The translations under genes and the position numbers were made by a program. This document shows, one piece after another, positions 26,836-40,141 of a stretch of DNA of 64,000 nt. Location of the stretch: the NCBI RefSeq assembly GCF_964355755.1, contig NC_092671.1, positions 24,378,070 through 24,442,069 on the forward strand, given 5' to 3'. Each line of letters starts with the position of its first letter. Within the stretch, counting starts at the first letter, position 1. The notes below the pieces were generated by a model, which saw only the letters and a program-made list of their open reading frames with translations, was not told the DNA's origin and made no database searches. The DNA comes from Antedon mediterranea (taxonomy: Eukaryota; Animalia; Echinodermata).

Positions 26836-28861
26836 CTTTATTTTTAAAATATACTATTTTGATTGAATTATTATTTATATAAACGTATTCGTTGTCGATG
26901 AATGGAACATTCCAATCTCTCAGTCTCTCACCATAATTATTTGGTATTACACAAGTAGGTAAATTTATGGGCCCTTTGAGGATAAACTTAAAACCTATAT
27001 TTTAAAAGTATTGCAAAGGTATAAAATACCATTTTTTGTCCCTATTTGAATCGCAAATGAGTGTGGGTATTGATACATAAAAACATTATTACTGACAGTT
27101 GCTTATCAACGTTTATTAATTTTAATTATAACTATTAATATATAACTATATATTTTTTAATTATTAAAATAATTAAAAAAATATAAAAACGTCGTAGTTA
27201 AATTGCCGTAGCATGAACCGTTCCTTTCTGCTGCAAATACTAGCACAGGTAGAATCAATCATCAGTAAATAATGTTACTCTTTTTTCCAATTGATATTGT
27301 GAAAGACAATAATTATTTTGACCAAATAACAGGATATAGGGATGAAGTGTTGTAATAACACACTTCTCTGATTTGATACAAAATCACGTGTCTATAAACT
27401 TGAAACCGTTGTAACTTGGTGACACTCAATGATCTACATTTCAATTATAATGATTATTAAAATTACTGTCTTGTTAGTTTGTATTGTCTTGTAAGCTTAC
27501 TGTTACGATACCAGCTATTTTTCTGTAACAAATATTCTTATTGTAACGCTAGCATTATTTTACTTTAACAATAGGCCTTTGACAATATTTTGACTGTAAC
27601 AATACTACAATGTTCTTACTGTAACAACACTGGCAACAATCTTACGGCAATATTTTTCTGTACCAATATTTGCATGATTTACTATTATTGTCGTTCGTAT
27701 TATTATGAAACTACCGAAAATAAAAACCTTCATTAGTAAACTAATAATAATTTTATTTAGAAGGACAATTGGAGTTTAAATATGATGCAGGTGTTCTCTC
27801 TTTGGTTATACGTATTCTCTCCGTAAAATACCTTTTTTATAATGAATACACTTTTCTTTATCAAAAACTTATCCGTCGACTCGAAATCGTATCAAAAAAT
27901 CGTTCTACAATCTACTGTTAGGCCTACTTAATAAATATGTTGTAAGATAATTACTCATGAAGAGATCTGGATCATAAAATAATGTGTATACTTTCTAAAT
28001 CTGGATCTCTTTTTATACTGTAACATAAGGAATAATATATATGCCTTTATATGTTTGAACCTTTTTTTCTTCTGCAGACAAACAAAGATTTTCCGATTTT
28101 TTAATTAGACCAATAAAGATGGAATTTAATTGAAAATTATCCTTCATTATCCACTTAAAATATGTAAGTAAAATAAAATCTAATATTAGAACAAAGATAT
28201 TATGCTCAATGAGTCATGCTCCATAAGGCATTTAAAAAGTGTGTGGAAATAATAATGATGATCTGTCGGAGTTTTTTCCGTCAATTATTTTACACGTTAT
28301 TGAAAGTTGTGGTATATTTTGATTAAAGTACATAGGAAAGGAGTGTATACAAATGGGTACATGGAATATTATTGGTCTACAATATCATAATAATATAGAA
28401 AAGTTTACATAATATACCGTACCGTACATGATCAATGCAGGTGCGATAACGGAAAGAAAACTGTTAGTGAACATTTCAAATAACATTATTAAGCCGAAAA
28501 TAAGATGTCGTCTAAACCTTTACATCATTAGAATATTACTAGGCGTATGACTTTGTTATGGTAATCAAAATATATGAGAGCTCATCAAATCAATCACATG
28601 GTTTCTTTGCGTTGATTTAGTGTCCGGATATGCGCTATTTCAATAATATATTGCTATGTGGATTAAATAGCATCAATTCTTTACCGTTTAGTGTATGTTA
28701 GTTAGCAAAGTGAAAAACATGTTTGAATAAATTCTACATCAGCCAACAATAAAAGAAGGTAATTGCAGGTTATGACATTTGTTTCGCTCACCCTAAAATT
28801 TTAAATATTCTGGCGGAATTGTCTCTAAATGTTTTCTTTTTCAAAATCTATTTACATTATT

Positions 28862-30002
28862 GGAGTTGGATAGCTGAGTGGTTAGGACACTTGACTGTCA
28901 TACAGATAGACCCGGGTTCAATTCCCGACAACTACCAGTCCACTTAGCTGTAAATGAGTACCTAGTTGAAAATACTAGGGAGAAAAAGGCGGCGTGGAAA
29001 GGAACTGGCCGCGATTTTTTTTTTCGTACATAAGTTGGGGACCCCCTCATGAAACGTCACAAAATAAACATGAATAATTCATCAGTTAAATGTTCTTGTT
29101 CCGTGTGCACCCAAGCGTATAGCAACAAGAAGTGATTACACAAGTGCGGTACGATTCTAGGCCTATCTCCGCGCTGTTGTTGTTGTTTCATAGTAGAATA
29201 GCGGCGTTTTGTGTGGATTGTCGAAATAATCAGCCTTTAGTTTATGATAGTGTTTTTAATATAATTTACTAAAGAATTACGTGTTAAAATTATAGTTTCT
29301 ATTAATACTATTAGGCCTAGGCCTAATTATTAGTCTCTAGACATATGTCTATTCTAGTAGAGCTGTGTGTGTACTGTGTGTTATAGGTATGACACAATCC
29401 GAGTAATAAGTCAACAAAATTAAACAATAAACATTACACAAAAATACATTTTTTATTCTCGTGGGTCTAATCTTCCCATCTCATGTGTTCATATACGCGC
29501 ATTTTTAAAGTTCCTTTGAGTACATGCATTGTTTGATAATAAAATAGCAGAATAAAAAAAAAATACAGTACACAAATTATACACATTCTTTATTCTTGTG
29601 GGTCTAAGCTTTCTTTGGGCTATGTCCAATGAATTACTACTTAGTTTAATGTCTTGCCTAGCTGTCGATTAGCCTCGACTCGACACATTTTGTGTGAAGA
29701 AGAGTGCGCGAAGGCAATCGCGTGAATTGACTTACCTAGGCCTACTGTAGAAAGTATCGTATCGCAGTTGTGTAATCGCTTCCTTTGTTGCTATACGCTT
29801 GGGTGCACACGGAACAACAAATTTAACTGATGAATTATTCATGTTTATTTTGTGACGTTTCATGAGGGGGTCCCCAACTTATGTACGAAAAAAAAAATCG
29901 CGAACTGGCCACCCTACCACATAATTCCGAGGCTTAGTACAATGAGCTCCTAACAGCTTATTCCCCTAGGTTAAGAGAACACGGGACTCACCTTTACTTT
30001 TA
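28862..30002 (+). mobile_element. tRNA-derived SINE (Nin-domain-like) interrupted by a MITE
   Basis: A box tagctgagtgg, B box ggttcaattcc, core cacttagctgtaaatgagtacc, tail cacctttactttta; body resumes after 29901. Confidence 0.75.
29011..29901. mobile_element. Mutator-like MITE
   Basis: ~145-bp near-perfect TIRs (gcgatttt...aaaatcgc) and 9-bp TSD gaactggcc at 29002-29010 and 29902-29910. Confidence 0.85.
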
Positions 30003-30364
30003 TTTAAATATTGGAAACCCTTTCCTATGAAAACAAGTTCCTATCTACTGATTTTGTTTTTGTAGGTTCATCCCGCTTTTATTTCTTTAAAACAACATTG
30101 ATGACTTTAAAATCACACAATAATAGGCCTATAGACTAGATTTAAAAATTTAGGCTTTCTTGTTATTTTCTTAAAATTATAAAAAGTATAATGTTAACAC
30201 CAAAAAAAACATAAATAAAAAAGCAAATGCTGTGGGTATCACTGGCTGGATCTCAATGGAGAAAAAACGATAGTAACGATTAGTAAAACAGCCGGAAAGA
30301 AGTTGCAGAGCTTTCGGATAACATTAACCCTTTCCCAGTGCAAAAAAGTCCCAAAACATAATAG

Positions 30365-31691
30365 TAGGGGCGCAGCCAGTGGGGGGGGGGGGGGGGGGGT
30401 CACGGGGGTCCTGACCCCCCCCCCCCTTTTTTTTAAAAAAATAAATAAAAACATGAGACAACAATACAGATCAAATCATCCTGGAGATACTGTGGAAGAT
30501 TACTACCGAGCAGTATTACCAAATCAACTTCTTGATTACAAACCGAGTTAAAACCCCGTTTTTCTGCCGATAAAAGGCCATGCTTTAAAATATTTGGCGT
30601 AGCACCCGAGTCTATAGTGAAGTGTAATGTTGAAGAAGTCTTCAAGGAACTTGAATTTGGTACGATGATCTGCCAAGACACGAACATCTTCATTCCGAGC
30701 TTCAGTGATGGAAGCGACTGTGTAAAATTAGCGGATCCAGATGTGTTCCCGAATGTGCGTGCACTTCTTCTAATCGCGTAGGCCTATGCACGTAACGTCT
30801 GCTGAAGCTGAGCGGAGTTTTTCGACTTTATGGAGAACGAAAACCTGTTTGGGAAATCACATGTCTTATGAGCAGCTTTCGGGATTGTGCCTCATGAACA
30901 TACACTTTAACATGAACATTAATACAGAGAATGTCATTCGCGAATTCTGTCTCCAAGCCAAGAAGAATATATGTTCCAAACTTATGTTTAAAGATGCATC
31001 ACGCGATGTTAAGAGCGCCGTTATAGTAACTAACGTAAAATGTATGATAATAATTTAGAAGTTAGTTATTACAATTATGTATAAGCTATCACCTATACTA
31101 TACATTCGAACAAAATAGGTATATTTTTAAACAAAATATTGTATGTACTGGGTATGATAAGCGTCTCACATACACACGGAGCCAAGATAGCTTCTTGGAC
31201 TTGCACAGTGTATGAACTCTAACCTTACGGTTCTCATTTAATAATATCACTCCCTCCATGCTATCATTCTAATTTCTTTTTTCAAACTTTTGCATCTCTA
31301 CGTTCATTTCATGCAACTTTTGTATTGGTGAAAAGGGAGGAATTCAAATAATTTCTCCTCTGAGTTTACAGCCTCTCTACACAAATCAACAAACAAGCAA
31401 GAAAAAAAGTGTTTGTCTGTGGCAGCCTGGAATATAAAAATGTTCTGTAATGAAAATGAGAGTTGTTTTTTGTTTTCTTTGTTTCAGTTTATTAGTGTTA
31501 ACATTGTCATATTTGTGTGTGCGTAAACCGATTCAAATGATCTAGATTGCCCTAGACCGCCAAAGCTTCCAGGGGGCTTCGCCCCCTGGACCCCAACCGG
31601 TGGCCCCCAGCCCATGGTTGCTCGCTTCGCTCGCAAAATACTCACATATTGGTTGACCCCCCCCTTTAATTCTTTGCTGGCTGCGCCCCTG
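30365..31691 (+). mobile_element. Non-autonomous hAT (hAT5-like) element, copy 1, with transposase C-terminal remnant
   Basis: TIR (t/c)aggggcgcagcca..tggctgcgcccctg; VTSAEAERSFSTL..LSGLCLMNIH hAT dimerisation motif; flanks aatag/aatac. Confidence 0.85.
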
Positions 31692-33304
31692 AATACCTGT
31701 ATAATTATGTAACTAATACATTCAAATGTGTATTATAACGTTTGATATACAGTGACACAATGATGAGTTAAGGCTAGATACAACAAAATCGTAGGCCTAC
31801 CGGCTTAAAAATTTCTATTTCATTTTCGTTTTATTTGTATATTCAATTAATCCAATACAGTGGGTTTTGAATACCCCATAGGCCTATACCAAAATACCTT
31901 GATAAAAAACAATGACAATTTTAAACCAGTTAATAAAAATAAAGATAGTAACATGCTTAGGCCTACCAAATTTAGAGTGCCTTTGTGTTTAGAAAGCCGC
32001 TTAATAGTGAAGTTTCGCAGTTTTTAAGGTCCCCACTCGCTATGTTACGCTAGGCCAAGGAATCCAAGCAACATGTACCTGCGCTTCGTTCAAATTTACC
32101 GCAGTCATATTTTCGACGGCGCCCTCAATATTACGTTGCCATGCAAAAACAGATTTTTACTGGCTTACGAAAAACAATACATTTGCGTGACGTACCCGTT
32201 CTCGTTATCCTATTCGTATTGTTGCGAAACCTTCCGAATATCGGCACCTAAATCAACGGTTTCCAGTTTATTCGTTTAATGAATTTAATGAACATCTTAG
32301 ATAAATTCAAAAGCGTCTTGCTTACATAAAATATTAAAAGATAATGTTTTGAATAATAATTTTTATAATAATATTCTATTCCGTTTTTTTTATCTTATAA
32401 CTGCGACCGGACACATGTCCAGATAATGATGATTTGTGGACAGGTGGCAAGACGTGCTAAGCAGCTGAAAAATCAAATACCACAGCATCAAACTATTGGT
32501 GGTTTATCTGTATAAAAGCAATTGTCTTGTAAGGATATTATTCCATCATACAGATTTTTAACTCAACTTAAAATACTGATTATTTTTAGACGATGAAAAC
32601 GGCACATCGTCAACCAAAAGTATAACTTCGTTTAAGGAGACTTTAATTACGGGATTTTCCTTCCCAGAATAATGTTGATCAAAGCTGTTCTTACCAACGT
32701 GAACAGTGTGTTATTTATGCATTATGTTTAAACCACCATTAAACAAAAAGGTTTCATCTAAAATCTACTATGAACATTTCTAAACAGTCTTCGGCCATAA
32801 ACAAAATGGAAGTAAAATTTTATGTGGTAGTGATTAGATGGACACATCACATCAGATTGATGGTTAGTGCGTGAGCTCATGACTAACAAATATATATATA
32901 TAGTTCATTAAAAGCTCAGGAAACTGTTGTGATGAATTCATCTTAATTTACAGTATAATTTTTATTGAGATATACCTAATGCCAATATTTAAAGACTTCA
33001 TCAATAGTAATATCAAGATGAATATTTATGAATAGCTACTTCGTCAGTGACACCGAAGAGAGGAATAATATCTGATGCACGCGCAATTCAGACTTAACAA
33101 TGTAGAAAATCCAGATTGTTTTACATAACTATTGCAAGTAAATTTCGTTACATAATTGTAGAACAAATGTATTTTAAAGATGTATTGTCCACCTGGAAAA
33201 ATATTGAATTTTTATCAATAATTGTTATTAATAATTGTTATCCACTTTAACCAAAATTTAGATCGAAAAAAAAAATTACCTGTAAAAACTGTAATTTAAA
33301 GCAA

Positions 33305-33402
33305 ACAAGGCCATTATGGAGTCAACATGCAGTCGCGTGCTCAAATTTGAGTTAGTGTTTACCGACCGACCGACCAACCGACCGACATAGCGAGCTTTAG
33401 TC
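33305..33402 (+). mobile_element. Short copy of the Helentron-like family inserted in another repeat
   Basis: Same ends as 24953-25697; the host repeat is uninterrupted at ~43430-43563. Confidence 0.6.
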
Positions 33403-35289
33403 AAAAGTTGGCTGCCAGTTATAGATTTTTTGTTGAATTTAACCATTTATTTTGTCATTCTATAAGTGGAACATTATTTTTTTTCTGCGGAAGTGATTAA
33501 TTAATTAATTTAAACTACAAAATAACCTATTCGAAGTCTGATTTTTTAATCTTCATGTTTTTGGAGACAATACATCTTTAATGAGTAATTATGTATTAAC
33601 TTGGATCAAACTATAGTGTATAAAGTGATATTTTATTTATGCAATACTTTCTTTCAAATGTGCCGAAATTGAAAGGCCGGTTAACTTGACTAATTTTAAA
33701 CCATTCAGACGTTCTTGTAAATTGACTAGCGGTAATTTGGATTAATAAAATAATGATCATAAATCGAGCAAACTGGAACAATTAATAAATTTTAAACTTT
33801 TAAATATAATATTTCAAAGGGCAGCCAAGTTCAATTGTAAAGGCCTCCTTTATAAAATACAGATACTATTGCAGTCTTCATTTTGTCTTTTATATTTTAG
33901 AAAAATTACACGCCATATTTAAATAGAATATTGCTACTAGCCATAATATAGACATATAATAACGTGGTATAATCGAAAATAATATATTTTTAATTCGGGT
34001 TCACTGTTTTTTAAAATACAATAAGTCTTTCGCAGACAAACCACTTACGTTCTTTAAGTAAACGTACGTGTTTTGTACGACAGTGCATTGTATTCATTTA
34101 CTATATTTAAAGTGTCTTGGTAATTGAAGTTAAGTTGATTGAATCAATAGGTCTGTATAACACCAGCAAAAACAGCCCATCTATTGCTGACGTAACGCGT
34201 CTCATACATTCGCCCAAGATAAGTACTAAATGAATTTCTATTTAACGCCTTTGTGTAGTGTTAAAATTAATTACTTAACACTTGCGTCTAAAAATAACCA
34301 TATAGATGTTAAACCATAACGTAAAAAGGACAATTTTGGAAATATTGATGAAATGGAACTGAACTATAGGCCTAATTATTTATCGCTATAAAAACAAACT
34401 ACAATTGTAATTGTGTAACTCGAGATTGCGCATGCGTTTAGATAGTTGCCTACTGATACGTGAATTACGTGCAAATTGTTTTTTTTTCCATTGATTAGTA
34501 TTATTTATAGGCCTATCATCATATTAAGGGCTTATTAAGTATAAGTACACATATCGAAACTCACGAAATCCACGAATGGAAAACCCGGACCTGTTTCTCA
34601 TCGTATAATAATGTTTTGATTAGAATGACACCAGCTGCTCCCCTGTCAGATCGCGTGGGTTTTAACAGCTATACCCCTTACTGGCGTAATTACAGTATCA
34701 TGTAACTTGATAATACCGCTGTTTAACTATTCAAACATGCTTAAAAACTTGGAAAGCTTAAGTGTCAGTGTTAGTCATTTAAGCCTTAAATCGATATGTA
34801 CATAAAACACATGTGTACTCGATATGCGATATTAATTTGCCAACAACAGTTATAATATTTGAGTATTACAACTACGGTATGCGATATTAAACTATCAGTA
34901 ACTTTTAATCATTAGCGAATAAATTCATATTAAGATATTGTGATAAACACAGTACATTGCTGTCACTCTTGTAGACATACAATGATAACATTAATTTGTT
35001 ATTTACATTATTAGAAAATAGAATGTTAGCATTTTCAACAACAATGATAGTCACAAATAAGTTATTTAATTACCAACGTCAACCATATACTTACTACGGA
35101 CAATTTATGTCCAAGTCACACATTGCTTTAACATTATGTAAAATGCATCATTGTAGAAAAAGACAAAAAAAGAATTCACATGCACTAAATTGCATACAAA
35201 CAATATCGAAATTACAACCTTACTATTACAAATATCTCCTGGCTAAATATTTCATAGGCTACTTTAAATTTGGTAAAATTTATCCTAAC

Positions 35290-35509
35290 TAGCACCCGAA
35301 TCCCAGTGCTGTATCTCCACATACTATCTATTTCCGAAGTATCATAGGAATAGTTGGTAATACAGCATCACATGTGGTGCCTGTATCATGTAAGGTTAAG
35401 TTAAGGGTTAGGTTACTCTAGATACATGTGAAACACATGTAATGTTGTATTACCAAATATTCCTATGATACTTCGGAAATAGATACAGTACCGAGAATCG
35501 GCTGTACCA
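35290..35509. mobile_element. Foldback MITE with a TTAGG(G)-like central spacer
   Basis: tatctatttccgaagtatcataggaata..cacatgtg mirrored at ~35433-35486; centre taaggttaagttaagggttaggtta. Confidence 0.75.
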
Positions 35510-35588
35510 AGTAATTATAGTAGTACTTTTCTGGACTGGTCTTGTCAGGAAAACAAACATTTATATTTAGGTTAAAAAGGTTGCCTAC

Positions 35589-35744
35589 CTGTTTTGTTAA
35601 TAAGCTAACGTGTCTATTCCAATCTGAACTCGCATCAACAAAATAATCCGCCGTCTCTGAAGAAGGGTCTTGTAGGACAAACGCTTGGTGCGTGTTGAAA
35701 AAGAAAATTAAAATAAAAGAAAGAACTAAGAATTGTCTATTCAT
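35589..35744 (-). CDS. SS1: SS1 precursor, first coding exon (signal peptide)
   Basis: aacaaaATG; MNRQFLVLSFILIFFFNTHQA hydrophobic signal peptide then an acidic propeptide; donor CAG|gtaggc after 52 codons (phase 0). Confidence 0.82.
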
Positions 35745-35783
35745 TTTGTTATTAGTTATATAAATGGCCGAGTTAACAGATAC

Positions 35784-35817
35784 ACTGCGCTTAAAATTGT
35801 CCAGTTGATGTTATATA
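35784..35817 (-). promoter_or_regulatory. Candidate TATA box and initiator of the SS1 gene
   Basis: TATATAA at 35817-35811 and CAGT with the A at 35786, 31 nt downstream and 42 nt before the ATG. Confidence 0.5.
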
Positions 35818-38239
35818 ACTGCTACAAAAGATTCAAAAGAAAATATCTCAGTAGTTAGAGATACAGCGTCATAATTATCATGTATACACTAATAGAACTA
35901 TATATTCCCATTACTTTTGGATCTACAATGCAATCGAATATGTATGTATAGTGACGGGCTGGTCGATAAGTGATGAAAACCCACCCGGCAAAAGTATAGG
36001 TGGGTTGGACGATCGGTTAGAGCACTCGGCGGCAGTGAGACACGATATTATTGATTGCGACTGCGTGTGTTGACGAATAAGATGAAATGTGACCAAATGA
36101 AAATCCTCTTGTAAACAACACTTGGTAGTATGTTGGACATCAAGCTTTACTAAACTGTTGAACGAATCAATTATCTACATAATGTTACCATGACAATTTC
36201 CAAACGCATGCGTTGAAAAGACGATGTTTATATTACGGTGTAGTAGGTCTATGTAAGTTAATACTTAGCTTTTGTTTTCATTCAAGCGAACATTACTAAA
36301 AAGTGGTCGTGTGATATCTTATACTTACGTGTCGTTAACTCCGATTTATGTCATATACAAATATATTTCTTTGGTATGGTAACATCGTCACACATGTATC
36401 ACTCGCAGGCAGACAACTCACCGAAGACAGACTTCCATTTGCTGATAGTAGGCCTACTACCCTTCTAGCATCGTTTATAAATCTACATTATTTCTGAAAT
36501 ACAATTTTCAATTATGAACGTGTTCGTAGTATATCCAATAATTAAACATATATGTTGAGTTTAATTAGCCTATTTTGCATATTTTTTTTCATGTTATAAT
36601 AGTATATTATAATAAATATAATCAATTACATAATCTTGAAAAAAATGCTTGTAGGCAGTACCAGCCATCCGTCACAGTATATAATCAAGTTTGAATGAAT
36701 AAACCAGTCCACATTCATCCTCATGTCTTTCTATACTTATACTTAAAATATACTCAGAATTCACATTCAAGACAATTGATTCAATATTTATATAGGACAC
36801 AAGATGATTCGAATACTAATAATAAGCTGCTTGCTGAAATTAACATAATCTCATATTTTATTGGAAGAAGGAGAGGAGGGAGTTGTTTAAATTATAAAAT
36901 ACATAAGAAAACATTACACTTCTGCAAAATGACATCAAGGACGCATTTTACCAGAGAATAAAAGAAGAAGAAACCGGTGGATTATATTTTTCCAACAGAT
37001 CTGTGAGAAAAGAGCTTTGCACAAATCACACCAGCAGACACTACATTGCCATACATAACACCCATTGTAACATACACTACCGAACACCCACGTGGCAACC
37101 CCCTCCATCCCATACCCTCCCTCACACATCCCCCCCCCCCCCAACACAGACACACATCACAAGCCTGTTTGAAACACATACGTATGCTATCAACTCACAT
37201 CAATTTGTGAGTTAAAATATCACGAATGTTTGCTTTATAGGCCAATACGAAAACACGCCAATTCCGAAAGGATTGGATGCTATTTCTATAATGAAAACTG
37301 TAAATGGAAAAATGTCAATTGATGTAATGACACAATGGAATTGTTCCGTCACTAAAAGATCGGTTGAACTTGGCAACGAGTCAAGATGATACAATGTATC
37401 AATAAGTTGTATCGATTATGACTTGAAATTGATGAATGAAAGCAAGCATGTAACATGAACATAAATATTCACTTGTAAACCCCGTTATTCCACTACTTGT
37501 CCCAAATAATCTATTTATACTACTGTTACCTTACATATATAGATACCTTTTTTTAATCATGTATTCATTGTATTCATGTAACACATGACGTGTCTACAAG
37601 TTTTGTATTATTATTATTGAATTATTATTGTAAACGTAAAGAAAACACAAACTCCAAACCATCATGATTAAATAATTTTTTTTGTTCATTTTTTAAAGAT
37701 ATAGTCACCGATTATTACATATGCTGAAGTATATGGATACAATTGAGTGTTAAGTCTGATTCACTCTTTTCTCCACAATATTATGAATCCATTGTTTTAA
37801 AGAAATTGACCTATTTTTATCTAGTTATACTTAATTTACTTAACTTTACATACATTTCTGCCGAAGCTGTTCAAACCCTGAAAACAAACTTATGACGTAA
37901 TTCTGCTTACATCATTAGAATCTTTAGTTTAATTATTCATATTTCTAATTTACAAGTAGGAATAATTCTTATTAAACACACTTTGAACTAAGCTCAGTTG
38001 GCCGTTACATGAAGATATTTATAGGTACCGCTAAAGCATATTGACACGTCATGTACAGGAGTGGTGTAATTCAAAGATCAAACGGTAATCTTTTAAAAAA
38101 ATAATCAAGATTCTCTGACTTGATTGCCAATCCCATTAAGTTGTGATAAACTAAGAATATTTTATTGTAAATGCACAATGTACGTAGATTGTGTAAAGCA
38201 AATACTACACACAATACTACATAATAACTTTTAACATTT

Positions 38240-39580
38240 CAGGGGCGCAGCCATTGGGGGGGGGGGGGGAGGAAGGTCACGGGGTCCTGACCCCCCCCCC
38301 CCTTTTTTTTTAGAAAAAATAAATAAAAACATGAGACAACAATACAGATCAAATCATCCTGGAGATACTGTGGAAGATTACTAACGAGCAGTATTACCAA
38401 ATCAACTTCTTGATCATTTACAAACCGAGTTAAAAACCCGTTTTTCTGCCGATAACAGGCCATGCTTTAAAATATTTGGCGTAGCACCCGAGTCTATCGT
38501 GAAGTGTAATGTTGAAGAAGTCTTCAAAGAACTTGAATTTGGTACGATGATCTGGCAAGACACGAACATCTTCATTCCGAGCTTCAGTGATGGAAGCGAC
38601 TGTGTAAAATTAGCGGATCCAGATGTGTTCCCGAATGTGCGTTCACTTCTTCTAATCGCGTAGGCCAATTCCCGTAACGTCTGCTGAAGCTGAGCGGAGT
38701 TTTTCGACTTTGTGGAGAACGAAAACCTGTTTGCGAAATCACATGTCTTATGAGCAGCTTTCGGGATTGTGCCTCATGAACATACACTTTAACATGAACA
38801 TTAATACAGAGAATATCATTCGCGAATTCTGTTTCCAAGCCGAGAAGAATGTTCCAAACTTTTGTTTAAAGATGCATCACGTGATGTCTAGAGCGCCGTT
38901 ATAGTAACTAACGTAAAATGTATGATAATAATTTAGAAGTTAGTTATTAAAATTATGTATAAGCTATCACCTATACTAAACGAACAAAATATGTGTATTT
39001 TTAAACAAAATATTGTATGTACTGGGTATGATAAGCGTCTCACATACACACGGAGCCAAGATAGCTTCTTGGACTTGCACATTGTATGAACTCTAACCTT
39101 ACGGTTCTCATTTAATAATATCACTCCATGCTATCATTCTAATTTCTTTTTTCAAACTTTTGCAACTCTACGTTCATTTCATGCAACTTTTGTATTGGTG
39201 AAAAGGAAGGAATTCAAATAATTCCTCCTCTGAGTTTACAGCCGCTCTACACAAATCATCAAACAAGCAAGAAAAAAAGTGTTTGTCTGTGGCCCCCTGG
39301 AATATAAAAATGTTCTGTAATGAAAATGAGAGTTGTTTTTTGTCTTCTTTGTTTCAGTTTATTAGTGTTAACATTGTCATATTTGTGTGTACGTAAACCG
39401 ATTCAAATGATCTAGATTGCGCTAGACCGCCAAAGCTTCCAGGGGGCGATGCCCCCTGGACCCCAACCGAGGGCCCTTGGCGGCCCCTGGCCCCCAGCCC
39501 ATGGTTGCTCGCTTCGCTCGCAAAATACTCACATATTGGTTCACCCCCCCCCCATTAATTCTTTGCTGGCTGCGCCCCTG
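38240..39580 (+). mobile_element. Non-autonomous hAT (hAT5-like) element, copy 2
   Basis: Highly similar to 30365-31691; perfect TIRs caggggcgcagcca; 5-bp TSD cattt on both sides. Confidence 0.88.
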
Positions 39581-39659
39581 CATTTTTACACAGAAGACTT
39601 GTCCTCTGTCATGGGAATATTGCGAGTTTAAGAAACAAGCCGTTTTCGCAAGTTATTGG

Positions 39660-39858
39660 TGATAATGAAAATTGGCATCAATGAAATTGTCATCGATGAT
39701 GAAAATTACAAGATGATAAAAATTGCATAAATGAAATTGTCATCGATGATGAACATTTTAAGATGATGCAAATTGATGAAATTGTCATCGATGATGAAAA
39801 TTACAAGATGATGAACATTTCATTGACGTTTTTATCGAGGATGAAAATTGCATCGTGT
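39660..39858. repeat. Degenerate tandem repeat (aaattgtcatcgatgatga..)
   Basis: tgaaattgtcatcgatgatgaa three times, plus related gatgatgaaaattg units. Confidence 0.75.
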
Positions 39859-40141
39859 GAGGGCAGGCTACTTAAAAGTCCACTCCATGTCCATTCTTTA
39901 GTTCATTTTATTTGGTGTGACCCGATGAAAGTAAACTACTGAGGTCGCTTCCCAACGAACTTTTCCGAGATTTTTAAAAACTTTTAATGTTCAAAATATG
40001 GCTAAATATTTTTCCTGACTAGTAAAATATATAGGCCTACGTCGTGAACTTTAGTTTAGTGTTATTATCAAAAAAACATTGCACGCTTTTTTTTTTAAAA
40101 TATTGATGTGCCATGACCATACAACAAGAGCTAGTTTTTCA

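Noticed and set aside
28862-28935. Functional tRNA gene
   Set aside because: Poor acceptor stem, and it continues into a SINE body and tail.
30450-31058. THAP12/ZNF862-like host gene
   Set aside because: Frameshifted fragment inside TIRs and present in two copies: a hAT transposase relic.
32023-32646. Another TTAA-flanked Kolobok-like element
   Set aside because: Terminal similarity is only ~6 bp and imperfect, and no second copy was seen.
35463-35588. C-terminal part of the 93-aa ORF as real protein
   Set aside because: Lies past a good splice donor and runs into a MITE, so it is intronic.
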